Assembly (NCBI RefSeq): GCF_902713615.1
Contig: NC_052151.1
Span: 133,223,455 to 133,287,454, forward strand
Source: Scyliorhinus canicula
Lineage: Eukaryota
Length of the DNA stretch: 64,000 bases
Direction: 5' to 3'
The position numbers were made by a program, and so were the translations under genes. This document shows positions 25,621 through 37,692 of this stretch, one piece after another (positions within the stretch are counted from its first letter, which is position 1; each line of letters opens with the position of its first letter). The notes beneath the pieces are model-generated. The model was not told the DNA's origin. It ran no database searches and was given only the letters and a program-made list of their open reading frames with translations.

Positions 25621-25745
25621 TGACTAATCGAATGCACTTCCCAGTAAGCTCGGCGCCAATCAGCAGGCCCTTGCAGCCGATGAGCTCAACCAGGAGCCTG
25701 CCATTGGTTTGCTATATTTAGGAGAAAGCACTGTCCCTTTAAAAA
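25621..25745 (+). promoter_or_regulatory. RHOB proximal promoter
   Basis: CCAAT 25656-25660, inverted CCAAT (ATTGG) 25703-25707, CTATATTTAG (MEF2/TATA-like) 25712-25721 and TTTAAAAA 25738-25745, about 170-260 nt upstream of the ATG. Confidence 0.7.
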
Positions 25746-25915
25746 GCGGCGGAGGCGAGACGATCCGGACAGTGTGCACTAGCGAACGGTAGACGGATGT
25801 AGAGAGAGAGAGAGAGGTCTCCCGCTTTATGTTTCCAGCCTCTCGGGTGATCTTTCAAAAAAATAATTACTTTTAAGTGAAGAGAGGAGTGAGCAGGAGG
25901 GCGCAGTCCGGAGCC

Positions 25916-26506
25916 ATGGCTGCTATCAGGAAGAAGCTGGTGGTGGTGGGGGACGGTGCTTGCGGGAAGACCTGTCTGCTGATCGTCTTCAGCAAGGACG
26001 AGTTCCCCGAGGTCTATGTGCCCACCGTTTTCGAGAACTACGTGGCCGACATCGAGGTGGACGGCAAGCAGGTGGAGCTGGCGCTGTGGGACACGGCGGG
26101 CCAGGAGGACTACGACCGCCTGCGGCCCCTCTCTTACCCCGACACGGACGTCATCCTGATGTGCTTCTCGGTGGACAGCCCGGACTCGCTGGAGAACATC
26201 CCGGAGAAGTGGGTGCCCGAGGTCAAGCACTTCTGCCCCAACGTGCCCATCATCCTGGTGGCCAACAAGAAGGACCTGCGCAACGACGAGAACGTCCGCA
26301 ACGAGCTGGCCCGCATGAAGCAGGAGCCGGTCAGGACCGAGGACGGCCGCGCCATGGCCGTGCGCATCGGCGCCTACGACTACCTGGAGTGTTCGGCCAA
26401 GACCAAGGAGGGCGTGCGGGAGGTGTTCGAGACCGCCACCCGGGCGGCCCTGCAGAAGAGAGCGCGGCCCAGCAGAGGCTGCACTAACTGCTGCTCACTC
26501 TTATGA
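25916..26506 (+). CDS. RHOB: Rho-related GTP-binding protein RhoB (196 aa, intronless)
   Basis: Strong Kozak [63 protein letters not shown]. RhoB-type C-terminus GCTNCCSLL, 196-aa length and single exon. Confidence 0.97.
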   Translation: MAAIRKKLVVVGDGACGKTCLLIVFSKDEFPEVYVPTVFENYVADIEVDGKQVELALWDTAGQEDYDRLRPLSYPDTDVILMCFSVDSPDSLENIPEKWVPEVKHFCPNVPIILVANKKDLRNDENVRNELARMKQEPVRTEDGRAMAVRIGAYDYLECSAKTKEGVREVFETATRAALQKRARPSRGCTNCCSLL

Positions 26507-27473
26507 GATGCCGCTCATCTATTTATTACTGTTTTAAAAAAAAAGAAACTGAGCTTTTTTTTTGTTTTTTTTGTAGAAGAAATGGGCACATTTCGGGGAG
26601 GGGGGGACCTAAACCAATAAGGGTGTGGGAGGGGAGATTTGTTTTATTTGGCGAGGGCTGATTGATCACTTGGAAATCTACGAACTTGAAGGAAGATGAG
26701 CTTTTCACAAGGCATCACTTTGACTGGCGAAGGGACTGGACTATAGTGACCCCCTCCCCCCCCTCACTGAGAAGTGGGAGGGTCTTGCGGCAAAACAGGC
26801 TGGTTTAGAAAAAAGTTTTAAAAAGAAATAACACTTTCAACTTGCGATTAGGGCTTTTTTTTGTCATCTTTCCCTCCCTTTCTCTCCCTCTCGGTAGCAG
26901 CACTTGGTACACGGGAGGATGCTGAATGGGGTGATGCTGTGTGAAGTGGGGGTGATTACTGAGGGGCTGCCGCTGACCTAGCTTCACCTGGGAAGGTCGC
27001 ACTGGGACTACTGCTACAGGGGCAGGCACACTTGGGCATTTGCCGCTTGGACACACTGGTGGGACACATTTCCAATTGTTTCTTCCCCTCACAACACCAG
27101 TGACTGCCCTTCGTCAACGTGACTTTCTAAGCAAATATTGCTCTGGCGTCACAGACAACAAAAAAAACTTTGGGGACACAAAAGCCGTGCTTTTCGGGAG
27201 GTGAATAAGAGAAATTGGAAAATCCATTACTTTCAGTGTGCTGATTTTTTTTTTGTCTGGGAAAAAAACTACTGTTCTCTAAAAGAGGTTTAAAAGTGCA
27301 TTGATATTTTTGATAAGTGGTACTGAGGTTAGTCATTGTCTCAGTTTTTTAAAAAAGGAAACAAGGAAAAAAAATGGCGAAGCTTGGAACTGAAGCCACA
27401 AGACTTGCGTTTGTTTACATGATATACTGAATTGTAAGCTGTGTTTAAAAACAAACTCGTTTTCACACAAGGT

Positions 27474-27479
27474 ATTAAA
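27474..27479 (+). terminator. Candidate RHOB polyadenylation signal (ATTAAA)
   Basis: ATTAAA followed about 20-40 nt later by a T-rich tract. Confidence 0.4.
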
Positions 27480-29582
27480 TATAATCTAAATCAACCCCAC
27501 TTTGTATTTTCTTTTTTCTTCCTGACTTAACTTCACACCGGGTGTGTGTTGCGCTGTTCCTGGATTTTAATGAAGCGGCTACTTCTTTCATCTGTCACGA
27601 AGCCGATTCACTTGGGTACATAAAAATGCGAGGGCTTTTAACTTCCGTGCCCCCGCTATATAGCAATGAATGTTTCTGCTAACTGAGTCAGTCTTTGTGA
27701 AAGAATGGGTGCGGTCAGTTTTTCTGCAGAACACTCGCTGGGTCCTAATGCCCACTGGGATTTTCTTAAAGCTTTTTATATTGAACTTTTACTCGACATG
27801 TTATTTCGATTAATTTATTAATCTTGCCCTTTTCCAGTTTGTCGATAAACGTTTGCAGTCCTCGTTTATCTGCTTCGAATACAGTACCTTGGGCTGACAT
27901 CGGTGCTGAAAGATACGTTTTGGATAACGTTTCGAAGATTTAAAAACGTTACCACCCCGAGGAAACTCGTACTGGCCAGCAGTTTGATTGCAGACTGCAA
28001 AATGGATTAATTAATTAACGCCCAGTGGCCTGTTCACAGGGGCTTCCCCTTCATTTGGGTGACACTCTTGCTATTTGAAAGACTGTAGCAAGAATTGGTG
28101 CAAAATTCCTGACTTTTATTACTAGATTAGGTATGGAATGAGTGCATTGGAATATCTTCATGATTAAACAGTCAGTTAAGAGGTATAGTGCTGGTTATAA
28201 TGGTCACATCCTTCACAAATATTAGAAGTGCTTCTTGAGATGTTTCTTTTTAAAAAAAAAAAAAAAAATCTGATTCCAAAGTGGAGGTGATGCTGTGGTT
28301 TGAACAGAATATGAAGTTCCAGTGTCTGTTCTGCCAAAAGTTGGGACAGCTGACTGGAATCCTTGCAAAAATCCTCCCACGCTGAACAAAATAACTGTAC
28401 ATCTATTCTATACATGCAGTCTATGACTGACTGCCCCATTCATGGTTTTTTTGAACAAAAGGCTGACTAACTGGAGTACTCGAGTAGCATTTTGAATGTG
28501 TGCGCTCTGTTGCCATTCAGGAAGTTAGAATACTGCTTAGCTAGTTCTTTATTTCCATGTTCACCAAGCCACTATTCTTTGGATGTGTTTAACTAATGTC
28601 TATGCCACACGAAACCTTGTTCTCAAAGGGGAAAATGGCTTTAAGAAAGAATTGGGTTCATTGGTAAAATGCCTCTCCCTGCAGTTACTTAAATGTGGCA
28701 TTACTTTTGGCATTTCCTCTGCATAAGCAAACAACTGACTTCTGTGAAGGGTAACCGAGCATGATGGAAACTGAGCCCAGAAATTCTGGGAAATTAATGT
28801 TAAAAATACTCAACTGGTCGGTCAGCCCCAGCAAAGATTTGCTGGTCTGTAATTATGAGGCTTACTGGTTGATCAAAAATGAAGCAGCATTCAGTACCCA
28901 GTGCAATCCTTGCATGGAAATTCAACATGTCTTTACGAATCTGCGCCTAAGTAATTACTGTTTGAAAGATCTTGCAGTGTTTGTCTACATGAGTCACTCA
29001 TTTCAAAGCAATTATGTGAGGTACCTTTTTGAATGCATGGTTTCTTTCTCAATCTTGTATATCGCAACTCTCTTAATTGGAAGATATTTTCAGCCACTAA
29101 TCGGAGTGAATTACTGCAGGTTCGTCCCAATCATACTGGGTGGAAGAAACCCTGGAAAAACAATGCAAATAATTTGTATGATAGTCATTGAATGAATTAA
29201 TCCATAATGTTCATGTTTTAAAAAAATCTCACTTCTCATCTGACCGTATGATTGGGATGATGTGCCAAATGAAATCATCTCAAGCTCTTGTGCACCCAGC
29301 AGGTGGGTCAAAGGAGCCCATCATCTGCTTGCCTACCCGTGACTGTCATTACGAATGGTAGGTACCATAAGGGGTGCTTGAAATAGAAATGGAGCAATTA
29401 GAAATTTATTTTTTACAAGTTTCTATCATTTTCTCCTTGTTGGGTCTCCCTACTGCTCACTATTCCCACTATATTCAGCAGTGATTTGATTCCTGGCATT
29501 GCTGATGTGACATTGCAACAAATTTGCTGGTATATACACGTGGTCCAGTTTGTAATTCCATTGAAGGTGACCAAGGCCCCCG

Positions 29583-29632
29583 CATGGTTCGGAATGCAGA
29601 CTACATGGTTCAGAATGCAGACTAAATGGTTC
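29583..29632. repeat. 21-bp tandem duplication (about 2.4 copies)
   Basis: CATGGTTC(G/A)GAATGCAGACTA twice plus a partial copy. Confidence 0.85.
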
Positions 29633-30712
29633 TATCCTAACTCTGTGACAGAATACTGGTGATATGGCCCTGCTTTATGTTGAGCACTTTGCCAATCACA
29701 AAACAATAAACTGCTCAATTATATTGCATTTGCTTGGGTTACCTCAGTCATGCTTAAGTAATCTCTGCAGCAGATGTGGTGAAACTCAAATAAATGACAT
29801 TGTTTCCTTCAGCCCAGTTTTTCTCATTTCCTCCAAAACCAGAAATGTATTGATACCTGGGCAGCCTGTGTTCCCTGAAATTGTTTTCAAGAAGCCACTA
29901 CCGATAAGAGTTATTTCTGTACATGAGGCAGGGAGCGTTATCAGGAACCATCACGGGGAAAGGGTGGTCAAACAGCCTGTACCTTTCCATCCATTTAAAA
30001 TGGCTGCATTATTGTAGTTCACCGAGATGTTCCCCTTGCAGGGTCGCAAAGGATTATGGAATTGTTTGGCACTTGTGTACTTTTTCTAACTGCAGGAGAA
30101 AGCCAATTTTATCTGCGGGCCAAGCTAACTATGGTTCCCTTTCTGTCCTTTCCAATAACTTGCATTGTTCAATAGATGCAGATAGTGGTCAAAATTGAAG
30201 AGCGTGTGCTTGTTTTCTTTAACCTACCCTATCCTTTGGGGCATCGATCCCAAATAGAGTATGTTTGACACTAAAAAGCCAACTACCGCAGATGCTGAAA
30301 ATCTGAAATAACCCACCTACCAGCTACGTTAGCAAATATCAAGGACTGTAAGATTTACATCTCAAATAGCTTAACACAGATAATATTCTGGCTGAACTAT
30401 TGGAGGAACACTGGGGTTTAATTTCAACGTGGTTATATTTGCTTAATGCGCATACAATTAACACAGCTATGGTTTAACGGTGTGAAAAACCATATCCGAT
30501 ATGCACATGTACCTAGGCCATTGCTGAGTTTGGCATGGTTTTTTTATTGGATGCTCATGGTGGTTGCCTGAAGAATGATATGTTGATAAGTTGTTCGAGC
30601 GTGTGTCCTTAGCAGGTGTGCTCCACCTGCCTCTATTAATACGGTGGGTGTCGCTAATCTACACCTGCTTTCTCTCAATTGCTTCCCCTGCCCATACACT
30701 CACCTGTGTGCC

Positions 30713-30887
30713 TGGGCTGGTTTAGCTCACTGGGCTAAATCGCTGGCTTTTAAAGCAGGCCAGCAGCACGGTTCGATTCCCGTACCAACCTCCCCGGACA
30801 GGTGCTGGAATGTGGCGACTAGGGGCTTTTCACAGTAACTTCATTGAAGCCTACTCGTGACAATAAGCGATTTTCATTTCATTTCAT
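30713..30887 (+). mobile_element. Short tRNA-headed SINE (head type B, tail type 2)
   Basis: GGGCTGGTTTAGCTCACTGGGCTAAA...GGTTCGATTCCCG, then GGAATGTGGCGACTAGGGGCTTTTCACAGTAACTTCATTG...GTGACAATAA and (TTTCA)n. Confidence 0.8.
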
Positions 30888-31369
30888 CTAAAGCAGTCAC
30901 TTAACAGGACGTAGACTGGTGAGCTGCAATACCTGATTGATATGTGCAGGTTGCAGCAGTGATGATGATGATGTGGCCCAAGAACATTTAGAATCGCTCC
31001 TGGACCTGTCCATTCTGATGTGCTACATTCCTGTTATTGGAAGCTAATCAAGTTAGGTCTCACTGCCTCCACTTTTATATGCAGCGCTATTGTCCTTAGC
31101 AAAAATATCAAATCGTTGTTGAGAGATGAAAATCAGCATCTTGTTATGTAAATTGCCTGGAACAACTAGTAACTCCACACAGTCCATGAATCGAAACTAG
31201 AACCTTCTAATCACTTCAACTGAGTAAAATACTGAGGTAGATTTTCATCTTGCCATTTGGCTGAAGCTGGCAGTGCATATCAGCCATCTGTTATAGAAAG
31301 CTGAAGCACAATGGCACTTTCATCCCAGGCAGCAAATTTAAAATCTACCCCACTGTTTTTACCAAGTGG

Positions 31370-31715
31370 GGATCTGGTGTCACAGTGGTAATGTCAATGG
31401 ACTACTAAGCCAGAGGCCCAGATATGGGCTCTGGAGACTGGTTCAAATCTCACTACAGCAGCTGGTGGAACTTGAACTCAATTAATAAAATCTGGAATTG
31501 AAAGCTAGTCTCAGTAACGGCGACCATGAAACTATCAACCCATCTGGTTCTGTGGTTGGGGAAGAAAAGCACCATGCTTATCCGGTCTGGCCTACATCCG
31601 GTCCTTAACTGAACCCTGAAATGATCTAGCAAACCACTCAGTGCAAGGGCAGTTGGGGATGGGCAACAAATGCTGGCCTTGCCAGCGATGCCCACATCTC
31701 ATGAAAGAAGAAAGG
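31370..31715 (+). mobile_element. tRNA-derived SINE, third family (tail type 3)
   Basis: A/B-box-like head (CAGTGGTAATG; GGTTCAAATC). Its 3' end GGGATGGGCAACAAATGCTGGCCTTGCCAGCGATGCCCACATC.CATGAAAGAA is shared with the LINE end at 39820-40115. Confidence 0.75.
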
Positions 31716-32006
31716 AAAAAAAATCATGAGGAAATATGCTAATAATGCACAGGTGGAGTCTGCAGTCTGTGCATTGGACTTATCAGGCATCTACAAACTC
31801 ATCCCATTAGAGTGGAAGGAAGTCGCCCTCAATTCTAAGGGACTGCCTAAGGAGTTCTAAGTCCTACCCTAAACACATTGTTTGAATGTTGTGTGCACAT
31901 GGTTCTCATACCCTTGATTTAGATTCAGAAACTTACTGTAAGGTGGTGAATATTGTGGATGATCCCAACATAGGAGGCAAACATATAGGCGATCATGGCC
32001 CACCTG

Positions 32007-32308
32007 GGAAGCACGGTAGCACAGTGGGTAGCACTGTTGCATCACAGTGCCACGGTCCCAGGTTTGATTCCCGGCTTGGGTCACTGTTTGTGTGGAGTCT
32101 GCACGTTTTCCCTGTGTCTGCGTGGGTTTCCTCCGCGTGCTCCGGTTTTGTCCCAGAAGCCCCGAAAGACATGCTGTTAAGTAATTTGGACATTCTGAAT
32201 TCCCCCTCAGTGTACCAAACAGGTGCTGGAATGTGGCGACTCGGGGATTTTCACAGTAACTTCATTGCAGCGTTAATGTAAGCCGACTTGTGACAATAAA
32301 GATTATTT
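32007..32308 (+). mobile_element. HE1/V-type SINE with tail type 2
   Basis: HE1-like head and core, then ...GGAATGTGGCGACTCGGGGATTTTCACAGTAACTTCATTGCAGCGTTAATGTAAGCCGACTTGTGACAATAAAGATTATT. Confidence 0.85.
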
Positions 32309-35227
32309 ATCTCTTCTACAATTCAATCTTTGACTGCCTTCAGTTTAGCTTCTGTCCTTTTAACAACATGGAGATTGCCTTGATCTGTCTTCCTCTGTCA
32401 TGTTTCGCCACTCCTTTACCCCATCAACCTCTGTAGAATCTGCTAAAGTAACGCGCACTGACCAAGCAGGTCAGAAAACAAAAATTTTGGTTTATTTCCG
32501 AAATACAAGATCTCCGCTCCCCAAAGGATCTCCCACCAAGACCTGCATCCAGGTCAGGGTTTTTATACAAGTGATTTAATCCCCTATTTAGGGAAGCCCT
32601 GCCCCCTCGCTACCGGAGAAGCCCATACAGTAACTTCATACTTGTGACAAAAACAGATTATTATTATTCAGTGGAGGTCACGGGGAATCTGATAGTCCTG
32701 ATATAGTGACCTACAGGAGGTCCCACTCAACTCTGATTGCAAGACTAACACTCCACCTCACCCCCAAGTCCAGAGAAACAACCACGTCCATGGGTGGATC
32801 CAAGGAACCCGTAGTCACCTTAGCCCGGGAACGGCCACCAGGGCCGTCCATATGGTATAACTGATGGTGTGCGGCGAACTGCGGAGTGACATTTAGTGCG
32901 GAGCACCGTGGCAGGGTCGTTTGAACGGAGGCGGCTGTGGGCGGCGCCACAATGGGTTCCACGGAGGCAATAGGTCCATGTCTGTCTCGGAACTGGAGTT
33001 CAGCGGGACCTCATCCAGCATCTTTGTGTCCTCGATGTCTGAAACCAGCTTCTCCAAGGCAGATGTGGCCGGGCCAATGGTGGCAGCTGGGGCAGAGGTG
33101 GTAATTCTAGCTGGGATGAGTTTGGTCCGGAACCTTCGGAATTTGATCTGACGTCTCAGGGATGCGCCCACGGTGGTGATCCACATGCCGATTTGATTTG
33201 CGCCCCTGTGCTTCGCACTCTATAAGAGACTGGTCCTGTCTGGGCTAACACGACACCCGGGATTCATGTGGCACCTTCATCAAAGTTGTGAACGTACTCC
33301 AGGTGTCCTACAGCAAAGGTGTACACCAGCCTACATCAGCCTTGGCTCTATCCTAGCCCTGGCGGATTTTCCCACCAATGTCCAGGAGAACCAAACTCAA
33401 ACATGTATGAAGGCATGTTTGCAACAGCAATTCGGCTAGAGCAACCCCAATGGTGGCATGCGGCATTGTCCGGTGGCAAAAAAGGAATTGCGCCAGACGA
33501 GTCTCCCGTGACCCTGACGTCTGCTTTCTCATTCCGCTTTTGGATGTCTGGACTGCGCGTTTTGCTAACCCATTCGACGCCAGATGGTACGGGATGGTTT
33601 ATTAGTTTCGTATGCCATTTGTGGTCATGAAAGCCCCAAACATCGTATTTGTGCAAGATGTCGCTTGTCCAAGACCAGCACCTCCGGTATCCCGTGTGTG
33701 CCAAAACATTGCTGCAGCCTGTCTATGGTGGCTCAAGCTGTCGTACTTTGCATCTTATGGAGCTCCATCCACTTCGAGTGGGCATCTAAGACTATGAGGA
33801 ACATTTCTCCCTGTAACGGTCCCACAAAATCTATGTGGAGGCAGGAATAAGGATATCTCGGCCATTCCCATGGGTGGAGCGGCGCCACCAATAGCAGCTT
33901 TCAGTGCTCCTGGCACTGAATACAATGCTGGGCCACCTTCGCTATATCCGCATCAATGCTTGGCCACCATACGTAGCTGTGGTTTAGCATCTTCATTTTT
34001 GACGACCCGGGTGGCCATTGTGGAGGTCCTGTGGGGGTGGGGTGCACCCACGCTTAGGAAGCACCATGCGTTTTCCCCACAGAATGACACCGTCCTCGAT
34101 GCTTATCTTATGTTAGGGTACGCCTTCAACTCCCCAGGCATGCTCCGGTATTGGGTCCCATACTGGACTCTGTGCCATACCAGGGCAACTGCAGATCCAT
34201 CTGAGTCCAGCCTTGGATGCGGGAATCTCTGACTGGCAAGGAATCCATAAAATGGAGGGTAGATATCACCTTATTGGCCGACGCTGGTCCAGGTATCCTG
34301 GTGGGGAGAGGGAGGCTGCTCAATGCATTGGCATGCAGGATTGTGGACCCAGAGCAGTGTTTTAGTATGCACTCGTACGCAGCTAACATTAGCGCCACCG
34401 CTGCATCGTGAAAGAGGTGATGGGGGAAATCACCCGGTCCTCCTTAAACAACCCCAACAGGGGCTTGTGATCGGTAAAAACGGTGTAAAGGTACCCGTAG
34501 ATATACTGATGGAATTATTTTACCCCAATACACCACGGCCAAGCCTTTCTTTTTGATCTGTGCGTAGTTTTTTTCCGCGATCGCCAACGTCCGAGACGCG
34601 AATGTTATGGAACGCTTCGACCTGTTGTCCATCCTGTGGGCGAGGACAGCTCTGACTCTGTAGGGGGAGGCATCACATGTCAATAACAGTGGCTTGGTCA
34701 GGTCAAAGTGAGTCAGTACATGCAAAGAGGACACCTGCTTGTCTACCGACACAAAAGCTTTCTCCTGGGCTGGGACCATTCTCAACGTTGACCTTTCTTC
34801 AGCAGACGGTAGAGGGAGGGAGGGAGGGGGGGGGGGGGCAAGATCATGGTAGGGTTCGGAATAAATTTACCATAGTAATTTACGAGGCCCAAAAACGAGT
34901 AGTTCCATCGGCCCGTTTTGTACTGGAGCCTGACCGATAGCCTGTACTTTTTCCTCCATGGGGTGTAATCCATGGTGATCCACACGATAATCCAGGTGGG
35001 TGACCTCGGTTGCGTTGAAAACACAATTTTCCCTGGAGGCGGACCCCCATCTCTTTGAAATGCCAGATAACCTTGGCCAAGTTGACCAAATGCTCCCTTT
35101 CAGATGATCCTGTGATCAGGACATCGTCAAGGTATGCCGTTATTCTCAGGTGTTGCCACAGGATGTTTTTCAACACTTGCTGGAAAATAGTGCAAGTGGA
35201 AGGAATCCAGAAGGGTAGCTGGGTATA

Positions 35228-35450
35228 GGGCAGCACGGTGGCGTAGTGGTTAGCACTGCTGCCTCACAGCGCCGACCGCCTGGGTTCAATCCTGGCTCCG
35301 GTTCTCTGTCCATGTGGAGTTTGCACATTTCCCCCCGTGTCTGCGTGGGTCTCACCCCTACAACCCACAAAGATGTGCTGGGTAGGTTGGACACGCCAAA
35401 TTGCCCCTTAATTTGAAAAAACAAATTGGGCACTCTAAATTGTTTTTAAA
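35228..35450 (+). mobile_element. Short HE1/V-type SINE inside the Gypsy RT
   Basis: About 14-bp TSD GGTAGCTGGGT(A/G)TA at 35214-35227 and 35451-35464. Confidence 0.85.
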
Positions 35451-35994
35451 AGGTAGCTGGGTGTACTCTTATAGCCTGGTATCCAGGGCCAAAGGCAGTT
35501 GGAGGCATGCATGGCTCATGTCTAATTTGGAAAATGTGCTGCCACTGTTGAGCTTGGTGTATAGGTCTTCAATATGAGGGAAGGGTAGCGATCCAGATGG
35601 GAGACGCTGTTAATCATCATCTTGTAGTCCCACAGAAGTGTACGGAGTCGTCGGGCTTCATCACTGGCACAACTGGTGCCACCCAGTCGGAGAATTGGAC
35701 AGGCATATTATCTTCAAACCTTCGAGACGATCCATCTCTGTGTCCACTTTTGACCATAATGCGTACGGGACAGTCCGGGCGAGGAAATATCTCGGTTGGG
35801 CATTTGGGCCAATGATGATGCAGGTCACAGCCCCTCTGATGGTGCCTAAGCCTTCCTGAAACATGGTCTGGAACCTGGCCAGGATCCCCTCAGGACCATG
35901 TAGGTACATTTTGCAAACTCTTTGCAAGTCCAATCTGAGATGGAGCAGACAGTCACACCCCAGCAAACTTTCGCCGCTGCCATTTATGACCACC

Positions 35995-36209
35995 AATCGG
36001 ATGTGTGGAACTCTTTGCCGCAGAAGGCTGTGGAGGCCAATTCACTTAGTGTCTTTAAGACAGAGATAGATAGATTCTTGATTAATAAGAGGGTCAGGGG
36101 TTATGGGGAAAAGGCAGGAGAATGGGGATGAGAAAAATATCAGCCATGATTGAATGATGGAGCAGACTCGATGGGCCAAGTGGCTTAATTCTGCTCCTAT
36201 GGTCTTATG
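35995..36209 (+). mobile_element. CR1 3' end fragment inside the Gypsy pol
   Basis: VWNSLPQKAVEANSLSVFKTEIDRFL plus tail GGGCCAAGTGGCTTAATTCTGCTCCTATGGTCTTATG. Confidence 0.85.
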
Positions 36210-37264
36210 TGTGCCATCTGCTGCCTGTATTCTACCAGGACCATGGAGGTACCCACATTTGCCAGCAGTTCACCAGAGAATGTAGCAAGGCGGGAGTTTG
36301 TGTCCTGGAGAGTCAGCGTCTGGATACCGGGGTGAATATGGTCGAAGGTATGGCGGCTGACCACGAATATCGTATCCAACTCCATGGAGATGGAATACCC
36401 ATCCACCTGCAACAAAAGCTGAATGGAGGCAAGCCAAGCAAGACGAAGTCACGCAATGCAGCCTGCGATCGGCCTCTTCTTTGTTATCCATGTAGTGGGC
36501 CTGGTACCCGCCCCAACTGGCGGTGATGCCTGGTGGAGTGGCTGCACTCCGGTGTCCTTTGACCAGCAGCCAGCAGCTGGAACTTGTAATCTGGGTCTTC
36601 GCGGTCAGGGTAAGACGTTCTGCAGCATTCTGGGCCTTGGTAGCAGCGGTGGCCTGAGTCCCTGCGGGGGGTGGGGGAGGGGGGGCAGGAAACACCCACT
36701 GCTGGGGCTCCACTTCTGGGACAGGGCCTGGAAGTATGTGGTTTTGCAGCTGAGGCTCAGTGCCACCATTCCCCGGAGCTCCTTGGACCCCTTACGTTGC
36801 ATTCTCATGGGATATGGCGATTTCCAAGGTACCTTTGTAAAGTCAGGTCAGTCACAACTAGCAGTTTTCTTTGCATGTTGGCATCACAGATTCCACATAA
36901 AAATCAGGCACACGACGATTCATTGAGTGTGGCGCCAAATTCACATGTTTCAGCTAATTTCTTGGGGAGCGCCAGGAGACACTGATTGATTCTGACTGGG
37001 TCTGAGTGGCCATATGAAATCGGAATCATCATACGATAAATAGTGTTTTCGGGTCAAAATGCCCCTTCACTAAGGCCACCAATGCGGCGAACGACCATGA
37101 ATCCATCGCATGCGGGTGGGTGAGGCTCTTTATGAGGCTGTACGTGGGCGCACCACAGGCGTGAATAATACCGCAGTCTGCCATTCGTCCCCAACAATCC
37201 CGCTGGTACAACAAATGTATTGCATGCGCTCGACATACTGACCCCAGTCATCAGCCCCTGCTTG

Positions 37265-37692
37265 AACTGGTTGAACTCTTACCAACCTTTACAGATGCAC
37301 CATAGAGACCATCACAGCCTGGTATGGCAACTGCTCGGCCCAAGACCTCAAGAAACTTCAGAGAGTCGTGAACGCAGCCCAGTCCATTACACAAACCTGC
37401 CTCCCATCCACTGACTCTATCTACACCTCCCGCTGACTTGCGAAAGCGGGCAGCATAATCAAAGACCTCTTCCAACTTCTTCCATTGGGCAGGAGATACA
37501 AAAGTCTGAGAACACGCACAAACAGATTCAAAAACAGCTTCTTCCCTGTTGTTACCAGACTACTAAACAACCCTCTTATGGAGTGACCTGATTAATACTG
37601 CACTCCTGTATGCTTCACCCGACGCTGGTGTCTATGTATTTATGTTGTGGATCTTGCGTTGCCCTATTATGTATTTTCTTTTTATTTTCTTT
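37265..37692 (+). mobile_element. Rex1/Babar-type LINE 3' fragment
   Basis: YRCTIE..ITAWYGNCSAQDLKKLQRVVNAAQSITQTCLPS.DSIYTSR and GRRYKSLRTRTNRFKNSFFP. Confidence 0.8.

Noticed and set aside
25877-25915. 13-aa N-terminal extension of RhoB in the ORF track
   Set aside because: It starts at GTG. The ATG at 25916 has a strong Kozak context and gives the canonical 196-aa protein.
25739-26487. Overlapping sense and antisense ORFs on RHOB
   Set aside because: Expected by-product of very high third-position GC; no independent protein features.
30713-30790. tRNA-like sequence
   Set aside because: Runs directly into a SINE tail and lacks a clean cloverleaf, so it is not called a tRNA gene.
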